From: a virus
Taxonomy: Duplodnaviria; Caudoviricetes
DNA length: 31,798 nucleotides
Direction: 5' to 3' (one strand)
Virus record (IMG/VR): IMGVR_UViG_3300005804_000113
Coordinates: 1-31,798 of that record
The notes under the pieces were generated by a model. That model made no database searches, was not told the origin of the DNA, and saw only the letters and a list, made by a program, of their open reading frames with translations. Below, in pieces: positions 17,762 to 26,786 of the stretch (position 1 is its first letter; each line of letters opens with the position of its first letter). A program made the position numbers and the translations under genes.

Positions 17762-18216
17762 TCCCCATCCCGGTCGAGACCGATGCCATGCTCGCTATCC
17801 TAAATTTGCCCAAGGAGATGGCTAATAATGGCATCTTCAAGGAGCATCAGGGACTGGTAATGGAGGTGATCCACTCACTGGTTCAGCAGGAACACTATGA
17901 TCATGCAACTCACGATGACCTGCCGGAAGAGGAGCCTCTTCTCGTTTCTTTTCGTTTTGGGTTCTGTTTCCTGATGCTGCACAGTACTTGTGAGTTTCTC
18001 AATTTGAAGACCCTGGGTGAGGGAATAGTTAAGACCGTAGGATTAGACCAATCCGCTACCGAACTGCTCACAGGGAGCGAAATAGACGCCTTTAAGGCCA
18101 ATCTTGAGCTAAGAGCACTGAGCATCCTGCAAGCCTATCTCAACCCTACCGGTCTGGACCGCCTGAACGAACTCAAGCCCAGGCAAGCTCGTCCCATACG
18201 AGTGGGAGTAATCTGA
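17758..18216 (+). CDS. Hypothetical virion protein (possible head-tail adaptor)
   Basis: GTG 17758 overlaps lysozyme stop (GTGA); phage-like codon usage; function from context only. Confidence 0.6.
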   Translation: MIPIPVETDAMLAILNLPKEMANNGIFKEHQGLVMEVIHSLVQQEHYDHATHDDLPEEEPLLVSFRFGFCFLMLHSTCEFLNLKTLGEGIVKTVGLDQSATELLTGSEIDAFKANLELRALSILQAYLNPTGLDRLNELKPRQARPIRVGVI

Positions 18217-18707
18217 TGCCCGAACGTGATTCTACTTCTCCGGATGAGCTGATGATTGAGATCTACCGGGCTATCTATGCCGCTCTGGAGAGCCGCCTGC
18301 ATCTGATCGGTTCGGTGATCGATGCCGAGTCCCGTAAGGAGATATTGGCACAGCAGATCTATGACAAGGGTGACTTCTACGGCAATACCGGCTATTTGCT
18401 GCATACCACCGATACTGCCATGATCTTAAGAGTAGGTTCCAATGTTCGTCACGAGCCTTTTGTTTTGGGCGGCAAAGTGCCTTCCTGGACTCCGATCGCT
18501 CCACTTATAGCTTGGGTCGAACGCAAGCACCTGTCTTGGACTGATAAAGAGACAGGTAAAGCTCTGACCGTAGCCGAGATCGCCTATCTCATCCGGGGCA
18601 AGATCAAGCGGGAAGGCATCGCCGCCCGTAATGTGTTCGCTTCTGTCATAGCCAATCGGGAGCAGTGGATCTATCAGCAGTTGAACGATATCGAGGTGAG
18701 CCTGTGA
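18216..18707 (+). CDS. Putative neck / tail-completion protein (HK97 gp10 or Mu gpG-like)
   Basis: RVGSNVRHEPFV..G, IAWVERK, IKREGIAARNVF patterns; coupled to neighbours. Confidence 0.55.
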   Translation: MPERDSTSPDELMIEIYRAIYAALESRLHLIGSVIDAESRKEILAQQIYDKGDFYGNTGYLLHTTDTAMILRVGSNVRHEPFVLGGKVPSWTPIAPLIAWVERKHLSWTDKETGKALTVAEIAYLIRGKIKREGIAARNVFASVIANREQWIYQQLNDIEVSL

Positions 18708-19105
18708 CCGCACTTGAGAAGTATCAGATCGAGCGTAAGCGCATCTCTGAGTCATTGAAACTGGCAGATGTAGCTGAGATCCTCTACAACAAGGACAACA
18801 TTCCCAAGAACCTGCCTTGCGCTATCCTGATCCTTGATTCCGAGACAGGCAAGAATGGAACCTCCCGTCAGTATGTAAGTACAGATATCGCTTGGACTGT
18901 CTTCCTGATTGTCAATGCCCAGAACGTATCCGATCCGGACTCTGAGCTATACTCACTCAAGGAGAAGTTCCGGTCTATCTACCAGAAGCTGATGAACCGG
19001 GACCTGCCCATTGTGGAATACTACACGAGCCGCATTGATGGCACACGCCTGGTCAGGATCGCCAAGATCGATCTGCTGAAAAGCGGAACCGGAGCAGGAT
19101 CATGA
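18704..19105 (+). CDS. Hypothetical virion protein (possible tail terminator)
   Basis: GTG 18704 overlaps previous stop; NLPCAILI pattern, size and position. Confidence 0.5.
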   Translation: MTALEKYQIERKRISESLKLADVAEILYNKDNIPKNLPCAILILDSETGKNGTSRQYVSTDIAWTVFLIVNAQNVSDPDSELYSLKEKFRSIYQKLMNRDLPIVEYYTSRIDGTRLVRIAKIDLLKSGTGAGS

Positions 19106-20280
19106 GAGTAAAGCGATTAGGTGCCTACAACCTGGCGATCAGCTCCGCAAGTGATCTCCTGGAAAGCAAGTACAAGCCGGAACCAATAGATCTATCCAAG
19201 TATCACAGGATCGGTAAACAACTCGTCAGTAAAGCAGCCGAGACCAAGAAAGTAGTCTCACAACCCTACTCGATGAGCAATTTGCTCAACCTCCTGGATA
19301 CAGATGAGTACCACTCCGGCTGCATCGATGCCCTGACGATGGCTACCATCATGCAGTTCGAATGTAAGAACAGCCAGGTCAAGGCCTGGATGGTTGATGC
19401 TGAGTTCCCCGCCTGTGAAGACCAGACCACCATCCTGGCAGAACTGATGAAGTTCTATCTCGCCTGTGGTAATGGCTTCTTGATCAAGATGCGTAACGCC
19501 CAGGGTGAGTGGATGGGACTGGAACGCATGTTACCATCTGAAGTGCAGATAGTAGAGAACTATGACGAGTTCGGCTTCTTCAAGCCCAACTACATCCAGG
19601 TCAAGAACAACCAGAAGAAAGACTTCGCCTACGAGGACATCATCCACGTGAAGAAGTCCACCCATAGATCAAACGCCTGGGGTCTAGCCTGCCTGCCTAT
19701 CGCCATCAACATCGAGATCTTGGGTGAGATCAAGACCTTTGACTACAACAACTTCAAGAACGGTCTGATGATCGATTATTTCGTGATTGTGGAAGGTGGA
19801 ACACTTCGTGATGGTACAGTCACAGATGAGCAGGGCAATGAAGTACTAACCGATGCCTATACCGAGATCGAGAAAGCCTTAACCGAGGTCAAAGGCAATG
19901 CCAAGAGCCACTCCACTGTGCTTATCGAGAGTGAGAGCCGGGACGTGAAGATACGCATGGAACCACTGCGTCAGCAAGACCGGGAAGGCGGCTTCCTTGG
20001 CTTAAAGAAAGACTTGAGGGAAGGTATCCTCGCCTATCACAGAGTACCAGCCAGGATAGTCTCACAGCTTATCCCAGGGCAGCTTGGTGGCGATAACCGG
20101 AGCGATATGTTGTTGTTTTATCAGTTTGTGATCAGACCGCTGCAGAACCGTCTAGCTTTAACTTTGGCGAACGAGTTCAACTTCGACTTCGGCTGGAATG
20201 TAAAGCCGGAAGACTTCAACTTCGGCAACCTAACAGATTTACTTACTACTGAAGATGAACTGATATTCAAGCGTAACTGA
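19102..20280 (+). CDS. Portal protein (PBSX/XkdE-like)
   Basis: YLACGNGF, EDIIHVK, YNNFKNG, ILAYHRVPARIV, FYQFVIRPLQ motifs. Confidence 0.88.
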   Translation: MRVKRLGAYNLAISSASDLLESKYKPEPIDLSKYHRIGKQLVSKAAETKKVVSQPYSMSNLLNLLDTDEYHSGCIDALTMATIMQFECKNSQVKAWMVDAEFPACEDQTTILAELMKFYLACGNGFLIKMRNAQGEWMGLERMLPSEVQIVENYDEFGFFKPNYIQVKNNQKKDFAYEDIIHVKKSTHRSNAWGLACLPIAINIEILGEIKTFDYNNFKNGLMIDYFVIVEGGTLRDGTVTDEQGNEVLTDAYTEIEKALTEVKGNAKSHSTVLIESESRDVKIRMEPLRQQDREGGFLGLKKDLREGILAYHRVPARIVSQLIPGQLGGDNRSDMLLFYQFVIRPLQNRLALTLANEFNFDFGWNVKPEDFNFGNLTDLLTTEDELIFKRN

Positions 20281-20306
20281 TGATAATATTGAATTAACCC
20301 AACCTC

Positions 20307-21269
20307 TCACTGTTTTAAACATGTATAATTCATATTTTTATCGGTGTTGACTTCCCTACAGTATTCTGCTAGCGCATCAAGGAGGTGATCACAATGACAT
20401 TTTGCAAATCCTATATATACAGAGGCATCGCTAAGTGCATCGAATCTGAATGATAAAGCATTCAGGTAGTCATTCTTGACTAACAATCCTTTATGAGATA
20501 AATACCCCTCAAGGTTTCCATTGGGGGTGAATTCGAATTGAAAAATTGACATCCCTGAGACTCCAAAGCAAGCAGTCCATAACGGTGCGTTGACAACAAG
20601 ATCGTCACCGATATCGTATATGAAAGCTGAAGAGGTTGGCACCGAATTTAACCCAAGTAATGACAAATCAACGTTAAGAATTGTGTTATCAGTGATCTGA
20701 TCCTTTTTTAGATTCTGCTCGACTTTCTCAATAATGCTGTTGATCACTAACAGGTTCGACACTGAACTATACTTTGTTTTGTCATTAGGCAGGAATGGCT
20801 GATAACAGACTGGTTCGCCAAAGTTTACTCCAGGTTTCTTGGTTTTTGCCGCGAGATTATAACGGCTGTTTAGAACCCGATCTTGATATTCTTTTAGGTT
20901 GTACTGGGGGTTCATCGGTTTGATGCATTTATTCTCAATGTATAAAGTATTTGTACCTAGGGATACTTTGAAATCAGGATTTTTTTTATTCTTTTCTTCG
21001 GGTACTCGAAAAACCGCAAGATCTATTGATTGTAGGTATAAGTATAGAGTAACTTCACTATAATCATCATAAAAACTCTCGTGTTGTGGTGAATACTCTA
21101 TATTCATTCCACTAAGAGTTTTTTTCATTTTTTTTCTCATCGAGATAACGTAGCTATCAGTTGAGTTGTCTATTAAAGCTAGCCACTCATCATTAATCGA
21201 AAGTAGAATCGGATTATCAGTACAACTTCTTGTATCTGACTTTAACTGTTTTATTAATGGCAATAACAT
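20307..21269 (-). CDS. Cargo protein with putative PD-(D/E)xK nuclease motif
   Basis: E...KNPDFKV...LYIENK; antisense to late operon, AT-rich, AAGGAG RBS. Confidence 0.65.
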   Translation of the reverse strand: MLLPLIKQLKSDTRSCTDNPILLSINDEWLALIDNSTDSYVISMRKKMKKTLSGMNIEYSPQHESFYDDYSEVTLYLYLQSIDLAVFRVPEEKNKKNPDFKVSLGTNTLYIENKCIKPMNPQYNLKEYQDRVLNSRYNLAAKTKKPGVNFGEPVCYQPFLPNDKTKYSSVSNLLVINSIIEKVEQNLKKDQITDNTILNVDLSLLGLNSVPTSSAFIYDIGDDLVVNAPLWTACFGVSGMSIFQFEFTPNGNLEGYLSHKGLLVKNDYLNALSFRFDALSDASVYIGFAKCHCDHLLDALAEYCREVNTDKNMNYTCLKQ

Positions 21270-21330
21270 TATCTCTCCTTCTTTTCAAATCCTTGCTAAG
21301 TCAATCGGCTATATACGTCAATTACTTTTT

Positions 21331-21377
21331 CATCCTAGTACATCCTTATTTGCCAGTATATCCCCCTTAATAAATAT
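21331..21377 (+). promoter_or_regulatory. Putative activator-dependent late promoter 3
   Basis: CATCCTAGTACATCCTTATTTG 21331-21352, TTGCCA (21350-21355), 16 bp, AAATAT (21372-21377); upstream of capsid gene. Confidence 0.55.
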
Positions 21378-21406
21378 ACACCTCATAACAGCACAAAGGA
21401 AGTGAA

Positions 21407-23149
21407 ATGAACATAATCAGAAACAACAGCAAGATCATCCGGAAGGGAGAACTTCGCAATGTGGAAGTCGAGTTAGTCTCGCTTCTCTTCGATGAGATGA
21501 CTCCCGCCAATCAGAAGGGCTTTGTGGTCAAGAATGCCAATGGCAGAAGCTTCGAACACAAGATCAACTCTACCAAGTTCAAGAGTGAAACATCGGGCAC
21601 TCAGGGACGGCTTTTCGTCACCCTGATGGAGCCAAACATCCACGACTCGCAGGGCGACTACTACTCCCGAGACGAGATACAGAAGGCTTGTGACCACTTC
21701 GCCAAGCATGGCCTGGTGGGCAAGTGTGACGTCAATCACAACATGCAGCCGGTGCCTGAGTTCACCGTAGTCGAGAACTACATCCTCAAGACCTCTGACC
21801 GAGAGCATTTTCCCGATGCTAAAGTCGGCTCTTGGGTGCAAGTCCTCAAGTGCGAAGATCTGGGCAGTGAGCTCTGGCAGAAAGTAGAGAAAGGCGAGTT
21901 CAATGGAGTCTCGATCTATGGAAGAGCTGATGACTACCGCAACGCGGAAGCTAGCCTGGCTGAGATCAAGAACGAGCTGAATTCGCTTCGTAAGGTCGCG
22001 GAGCATAACAACAACTCCGAGCTGCAGAAGGGCATTACCGCCATCACTGAGAAGATCAGTGAGTTGGAGAAGGGTAACCCCAACCTCCAGCTTGGCGATG
22101 CCATCCACAGCATCGAGAAGAGCCTCAAAGACCTCTCCGTCACTATGAGCAGAGCCATCTCCAAGTCCATACCCGGAGAACCGGATGCTAACCTCTCCAA
22201 TGTGGACAAAGAGGTTACCATCGATGGCAACAAGATCATGGTCAAGGCTTCGCATCGGGAGATCTACAAGGGCATCTCCGATGTGGACTCCGGAAAGGCC
22301 ATGAACATCCTGACAGCCAATACCACTTCGCTCTTCATTGACGAGGTTATCGGCAGCCAGCCCGGAGATACTCTCTCTGATATCTCAGTTCTTCCCCTGC
22401 TGAAAGACGAGAAGATCGACGTCGGCCTGATCGATGACCTGGTCTTCAAGAACTCCCTCGATGGGGCTCTGACGGCTCAAAACGTCTCTACTGCCGACCT
22501 CTCCGTACCCACCGGGATACTCAATGCCGAGTTCACCCTTGGACGTGATGTGGTCGAGTTCTACAAAGACAAGTACGGCGAAGATGCCTTCGGAGCCTAT
22601 GTGGAGAACCACATCGCCAAGAAGACCGAGAAAGCCATTCGCTTGCTGCTCTTCAAGGGTGACCGGGCTTCCGCCACTGCCAAGATCAAGGCTCTGGATG
22701 GAGTGATCAAACTGGCTACCACCGCCACCGACGTCACCAACCTCTCCAAGACCACCTACACCGACTGGGCGAAACGCTTCGAAGCGGCTCTGCTGGCTTT
22801 CTCTGATGAGATGCTGGAGGAGCAGGAGAACTTCAAGTTCTACGTAGCTCACAAGGACCTGATCCGCATCCGGGCCGAACTCGCCAAGCGTGAGACCGGA
22901 GCCGGAGATCGCCTGCTGCTTGAAGGTGGCAACGTCTCCTTTGCGGGTATCCCGGTCAAGCCACGTCTCATGGATGCCGATTACATCATAGGCGGTCTGC
23001 CCAAGTTCATCATAGTCGGTTATCGCACCGATGCCGAACTCAAAGTCGAACACCACGGAAGCGACTGGAAGTACCACTGGTACATCCGTATCCGTCCCGG
23101 CATCACCTACATCTCCGGCTTCGTGAAAGTGTTCAAACTCACCACGTAG
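21407..23149 (+). CDS. Fused prohead protease (XkdF-like), scaffold and major capsid protein
   Basis: N-terminal DSQGD...DVNH...GSWV...LWQKVEKGEFNGVSIYG; central coiled coil; C-terminal capsid-like region (ILTA..FIDEV, LLLFKGD...DGVIK, RETGAGD..L). Confidence 0.8.
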   Translation: MNIIRNNSKIIRKGELRNVEVELVSLLFDEMTPANQKGFVVKNANGRSFEHKINSTKFKSETSGTQGRLFVTLMEPNIHDSQGDYYSRDEIQKACDHFAKHGLVGKCDVNHNMQPVPEFTVVENYILKTSDREHFPDAKVGSWVQVLKCEDLGSELWQKVEKGEFNGVSIYGRADDYRNAEASLAEIKNELNSLRKVAEHNNNSELQKGITAITEKISELEKGNPNLQLGDAIHSIEKSLKDLSVTMSRAISKSIPGEPDANLSNVDKEVTIDGNKIMVKASHREIYKGISDVDSGKAMNILTANTTSLFIDEVIGSQPGDTLSDISVLPLLKDEKIDVGLIDDLVFKNSLDGALTAQNVSTADLSVPTGILNAEFTLGRDVVEFYKDKYGEDAFGAYVENHIAKKTEKAIRLLLFKGDRASATAKIKALDGVIKLATTATDVTNLSKTTYTDWAKRFEAALLAFSDEMLEEQENFKFYVAHKDLIRIRAELAKRETGAGDRLLLEGGNVSFAGIPVKPRLMDADYIIGGLPKFIIVGYRTDAELKVEHHGSDWKYHWYIRIRPGITYISGFVKVFKLTT

Positions 23150-23177
23150 TTAACAACCTAACAGATAAGGAGTATCT

Positions 23178-23528
23178 ATGGACTTCATCTTCGCCAATCA
23201 GGAGTTTATCCTGGGTCTGGTCTCGGCTCTGGTGGTCTGGATCATCTCCAGAACCACCGGAAGTGTAATCGACAAGGCCAAGGTCAACTCGGCTCTGGCC
23301 ATCATCCTGGACATCATCCAGGACATCAAGACCAATCCTGCCACCAAGGACCTGGATGACTATGCCAAAAAGCTGTTGGCAGTGGAGCGGGCTACCAAGT
23401 CCCTCCCGGCCAAGCAGACTAACGTTATCCTGAAGGTCTTCGGCACTATCGGAGGAGCCATCGAATACGTGTTCCACAACCGCAAATGGCTCTTTAGCAT
23501 CGGCAAGGCGATCAAAGGGGTGTTCTGA
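23178..23528 (+). CDS. Membrane protein, putative holin (LL-H-like)
   Basis: N-terminal TM helix FILGLVSALVVWII followed by helical domain; AAGGAG RBS. Confidence 0.5.
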   Translation: MDFIFANQEFILGLVSALVVWIISRTTGSVIDKAKVNSALAIILDIIQDIKTNPATKDLDDYAKKLLAVERATKSLPAKQTNVILKVFGTIGGAIEYVFHNRKWLFSIGKAIKGVF

Positions 23529-24073
23529 TGCCTCAGCCTATCTCGCAACCCACCTATCCCTCCAACATGACCGAGGGTGACCTCAGCTTCAGCAAGCTCA
23601 TGGATGTGATGATTGCCGATCTCGTTTACTTCGGGATCGGCACTTACGACCTGTTATCCATAGAAACGCTGTATGCTGATCAGGCTTCGGTCAAGATGGA
23701 ACTGACTACCAACTTCGACCTGCTCGGTGAACTGGCTGAGAAACCCGGTAAGACGGACTCCAAGCTGTCCAAGCTCAAGACCCGTAACTATACCATTCCG
23801 GGCAAGCGCACTAGCACGGTCGAACTCAACATCTCCGGACTCTCTACCAAGCAGAAGAACTTTCTGGAGAGCACCCTGTTCATGAGCAAGGATACCACCA
23901 TTGTGGTGGCTTCCAAGGAACTGGATAGGGTGGTGATCTTCACCGGACTGCGTTGGACGGTTGACTGGTCGGGAGAAGCTGACGGCCTCTTCAACGTAGT
24001 CATCTCCACCGAGTTCTCCGGAGTGACCTCAAACAAGATCTTCCTGCTTAAGGACATTCCTGCGGGAGTCTGA
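23528..24073 (+). CDS. Putative major tail (tube) protein
   Basis: 181 aa, beta-strand-rich, highly biased codon usage like the capsid gene, upstream of chaperone and tape measure. Confidence 0.5.
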   Translation: MPQPISQPTYPSNMTEGDLSFSKLMDVMIADLVYFGIGTYDLLSIETLYADQASVKMELTTNFDLLGELAEKPGKTDSKLSKLKTRNYTIPGKRTSTVELNISGLSTKQKNFLESTLFMSKDTTIVVASKELDRVVIFTGLRWTVDWSGEADGLFNVVISTEFSGVTSNKIFLLKDIPAGV

Positions 24074-24119
24074 CATAACAGCACTTCGTAATCAAGCTCT
24101 GAAAAGACAAGGAACCAAG

Positions 24120-24320
24120 ATGGATTGCCTGTGTAAACCTGAAATCAAAGAGAAAATCGATTCAGTGCACGAGGAGATCTATGGCAATGGTGACAGCAGC
24201 AAGTCACTGGTAACCAGAATGGCGAGAGTGGAGACGAACATGAAGATACTTCTTTCCGTCTCCACCTCGCAGTTCTTCCTGCTGTTGGGCATTGCTCTCA
24301 AGATGTTCTTCGGTAACTGA
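24120..24320 (+). CDS. Small coiled-coil protein with C-terminal TM helix (XhlA/holin-like)
   Basis: IYGNGD...LVTRMARVE followed by hydrophobic ILLSVSTSQFFLLLGIAL; AAGGA RBS. Confidence 0.6.
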   Translation: MDCLCKPEIKEKIDSVHEEIYGNGDSSKSLVTRMARVETNMKILLSVSTSQFFLLLGIALKMFFGN

Positions 24321-24334
24321 AAAAGGACTATTCT

Positions 24335-24685
24335 ATGAAGCGAGAACCCAAACTCAGCTATAGCCAACTGCGGCAAATACTCTGCCTCACGATCTCAAAC
24401 GCTACCCTGAAAGCCAAGCTTGAGGACTTCCTCTCCGGCCAGGTAGCCAAGGTCAGTGAGGTGGAACTGCTGGAACTGATCAGCCAATCGGAAGCCGATA
24501 AAGAGCTGATTAAAATCATCTCAGGAAGAGAACCAGACGAAATGGACGCCATGGAAGCACTGGAGCATATCTCCGCTTTTTTCGTCTATATCAGAGCCAA
24601 CAAAGAGAGGTTCGCAGGTTGGCTCGGGAGTTTCGGATTGGCGGTAACGGCGTCTCCAAATACCCCTTCGAGAGGTTCGAAATGA
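24335..24685 (+). CDS. Putative tail assembly chaperone (G-like)
   Basis: Helical acidic protein after tail tube with in-frame slippery T-TTT-TTC at 24577-24583. Confidence 0.6.
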   Translation: MKREPKLSYSQLRQILCLTISNATLKAKLEDFLSGQVAKVSEVELLELISQSEADKELIKIISGREPDEMDAMEALEHISAFFVYIRANKERFAGWLGSFGLAVTASPNTPSRGSK

Positions 24686-24786
24686 TCCTGCGTAAACTGG
24701 GCTTCACAAATGAAGACTTCGACAATATGACGCTGCCAGAGCTCTACCTCAGGCTCTGTATTACCGATCCCAAAGGAGATGCTTAA
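24583..24786 (+). CDS. -1 frameshift extension of the tail chaperone (GT-like); could alternatively start at ATG 24682
   Basis: -1 frame is open from the slippery site to TAA 24786: RLYQSQQ...FEMILRKLGFTNEDFDNMTLPELYLRL...GDA. Confidence 0.6.
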   Translation, partial: RLYQSQQREVRRLAREFRIGGNGVSKYPFERFEMILRKLGFTNEDFDNMTLPELYLRLCITDPKGDA

Positions 24787-25547
24787 TGGATGCCATCATC
24801 GGCTGGATAGGCGGTAAACGCCTCCTGAGAAAGGTTATTGCTCCCTACGTCCCCAAAGATATTACCGGGTTCATCGAACCCTTCGGTGGGGCTGCCTGGA
24901 TGCTCCTCTACAAAGAAAAGTGGGGAGATCTGGAAGTCTATAACGATCTCGATAACCGCCTGGTCAATCTCTTCCTGCAGGTGAAATATCATCCTGATGA
25001 GTTGATCAAAGAGTTAGACTGGTTAGTCGCCAGCCGCAAGCTCTTTGGCGATATCCTCAAGCAGGAAGGATTAACCGAGATACAACGTGCCGCCAGATTC
25101 ATGTATCTGATCACCAGGTCATTTGGCAGCAAGGGTGATAGCTTCGGTACCTCTCAGAAGCGTGGCACCTCCAGTATGTATAACCGTCTGGAACGCATCA
25201 AAGAACTCCACAAGCGTCTTGATATGGTGATAATCGAGAACCTCTCCTATGAGAAGGTGATTGAGAAGTACGATACCAAGAGTAACTTCTTCTACTGTGA
25301 TCCTCCTTACATGCTCGGTTACACCTATGAGAACTCCAGGCAGTTCAGTCATGAAGACCTGTGTGCCAAACTCAAGAAGATCAAAGGCAGGTTCATCCTC
25401 AGTTACGATGACAATCCCGAGGTGCTTAAGCTATACAAGGGCTTTGATATCAAGCATGTCACCAGAACCAAAGGCATCAACCGCAAGGAAGGCAAGTCCG
25501 AGTTCAACGAAGTGATCATCGCCAACTTCAAGCTGGAGGCACAATGA
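24786..25547 (+). CDS. Dam-family (D12 class) N6-adenine DNA methyltransferase 1
   Basis: WIGGKRLL, EPFGGAAW, VYNDL, FYCDPPY, FILSYDD. Confidence 0.93.
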   Translation: MDAIIGWIGGKRLLRKVIAPYVPKDITGFIEPFGGAAWMLLYKEKWGDLEVYNDLDNRLVNLFLQVKYHPDELIKELDWLVASRKLFGDILKQEGLTEIQRAARFMYLITRSFGSKGDSFGTSQKRGTSSMYNRLERIKELHKRLDMVIIENLSYEKVIEKYDTKSNFFYCDPPYMLGYTYENSRQFSHEDLCAKLKKIKGRFILSYDDNPEVLKLYKGFDIKHVTRTKGINRKEGKSEFNEVIIANFKLEAQ

Positions 25548-26329
25548 ACTCAATCATCTCCTGGGTAGGCGGTAAGCGTATCCTCCGCAAGAAGATCCTG
25601 CCGCTCATCCCCAAGCATGACATCTACTGCGAAGTCTTTGGCGGTGCGGCTTGGATACTGTTCGGGAAGAGTGCTAACAAGGAAGACTGGCAGCTCTCCA
25701 AGAAGAGCCGCTATACTGAGGTCTATAACGATATCAATGGCGATTTGGTCAACTTCTGGAAGTACATCAAGAACCACCCTGAGGCCTTCGTAACCGAGCT
25801 GAACAACTATCTGATCGCCAGGGAGATGTTCGATAACTTCATGAAGCATGAGCCCAGAACAGAGTTGGAGAGAGCGATCAAGTTCTACTACAACCTGGCC
25901 TGCAGCTATGGCTCACGCTCCAAGAACTTCTGCGTCAATCAGGGCTACAAGTATATGCCCCTCCGCAACCTGGACAAGGTGAAGGAAGCCTCGGAACGCC
26001 TTCGCCACGTGATCATCGAGAAGCAGCCTTGGGAGAAGATTGTATCCCGGTTTGACCAACCTCACACATTCTTCTATCTAGACCCTCCCTACTACACAAA
26101 AGAGCACATCTACGAACGTGAAGACGCGGATGCTTTCAACCAGCATGAAGAGCTGGCAGAAGCCCTGAAACAGATCAAGGGCAAGTTCCTGCTATCCTAC
26201 AACAACGATCCTTACATCAAACAGCTATACGATGGATGTGTCATTGAAGAAGTCGAGACTCAATACTCGGTATCGGGAGCGTTTCAGACTGAGATAGAAA
26301 TACTAATTCGGAACTACAACTCCCAATAG
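25544..26329 (+). CDS. Dam-family (D12 class) N6-adenine DNA methyltransferase 2
   Basis: WVGGKRIL, EVFGGAAW, VYNDI, FYLDPPY, FLLSYNN; ATGA-coupled to MTase 1. Confidence 0.93.
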   Translation: MNSIISWVGGKRILRKKILPLIPKHDIYCEVFGGAAWILFGKSANKEDWQLSKKSRYTEVYNDINGDLVNFWKYIKNHPEAFVTELNNYLIAREMFDNFMKHEPRTELERAIKFYYNLACSYGSRSKNFCVNQGYKYMPLRNLDKVKEASERLRHVIIEKQPWEKIVSRFDQPHTFFYLDPPYYTKEHIYEREDADAFNQHEELAEALKQIKGKFLLSYNNDPYIKQLYDGCVIEEVETQYSVSGAFQTEIEILIRNYNSQ

Positions 26330-26381
26330 GATCACCGCTTTCTAATGTGAAGGTGTCCACTATGAACCGAAAAGTATCAAC

Positions 26382-26762
26382 TCACTCAAAAGCAAGTAAG
26401 GCTGTATCACGTTTCGTGATGCTATTTGGGAAACTACTTTTTATCAGCTTCTCAATTGCTTTCTTTTGGATGTTGACGTCCTGCGTGTCATACCCACATA
26501 ATAGCATAACAATGCTTCCAGTTTGGGTTAGGTCAAACTCTGGGAACTGCTCTTCATCTAGTTTTGATAACGATATGAGTTGTATGATAAAATCCTGGTA
26601 CGAAACAAATATGGGGAAATCATAAGTGATCACTCCATACCTTATGTCATCGACAATAACATCCTCGAAAAGTCCATCGTACTGCCATGAAACTGCATTC
26701 AGATCTATCGAATCAGTATTGAGATCGAACATTGCATCATCTTTGATAAAGCTGCTCAGCAT
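26382..26762 (-). CDS. Cargo (moron) hypothetical acidic protein
   Basis: Antisense to tail operon, AT-richer, GAGGT RBS and own promoter. Confidence 0.65.
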   Translation of the reverse strand: MLSSFIKDDAMFDLNTDSIDLNAVSWQYDGLFEDVIVDDIRYGVITYDFPIFVSYQDFIIQLISLSKLDEEQFPEFDLTQTGSIVMLLCGYDTQDVNIQKKAIEKLIKSSFPNSITKRDTALLAFE

Positions 26763-26786
26763 ATCTACCTCTAATCAGTTTAGACC

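Noticed and set aside
21473-23077. Long antisense ORFs (260 aa, 230 aa) opposite the capsid gene, and similar ones opposite other core genes
   Set aside because: Expected from the strong codon bias of the sense genes; no RBS or domain evidence.
26347-26625. 92-aa plus-strand ORF with a lipobox-like LTSC
   Set aside because: Overlaps the minus-strand moron, which has the better promoter and RBS; a spanin-like role cannot be supported from sequence alone.
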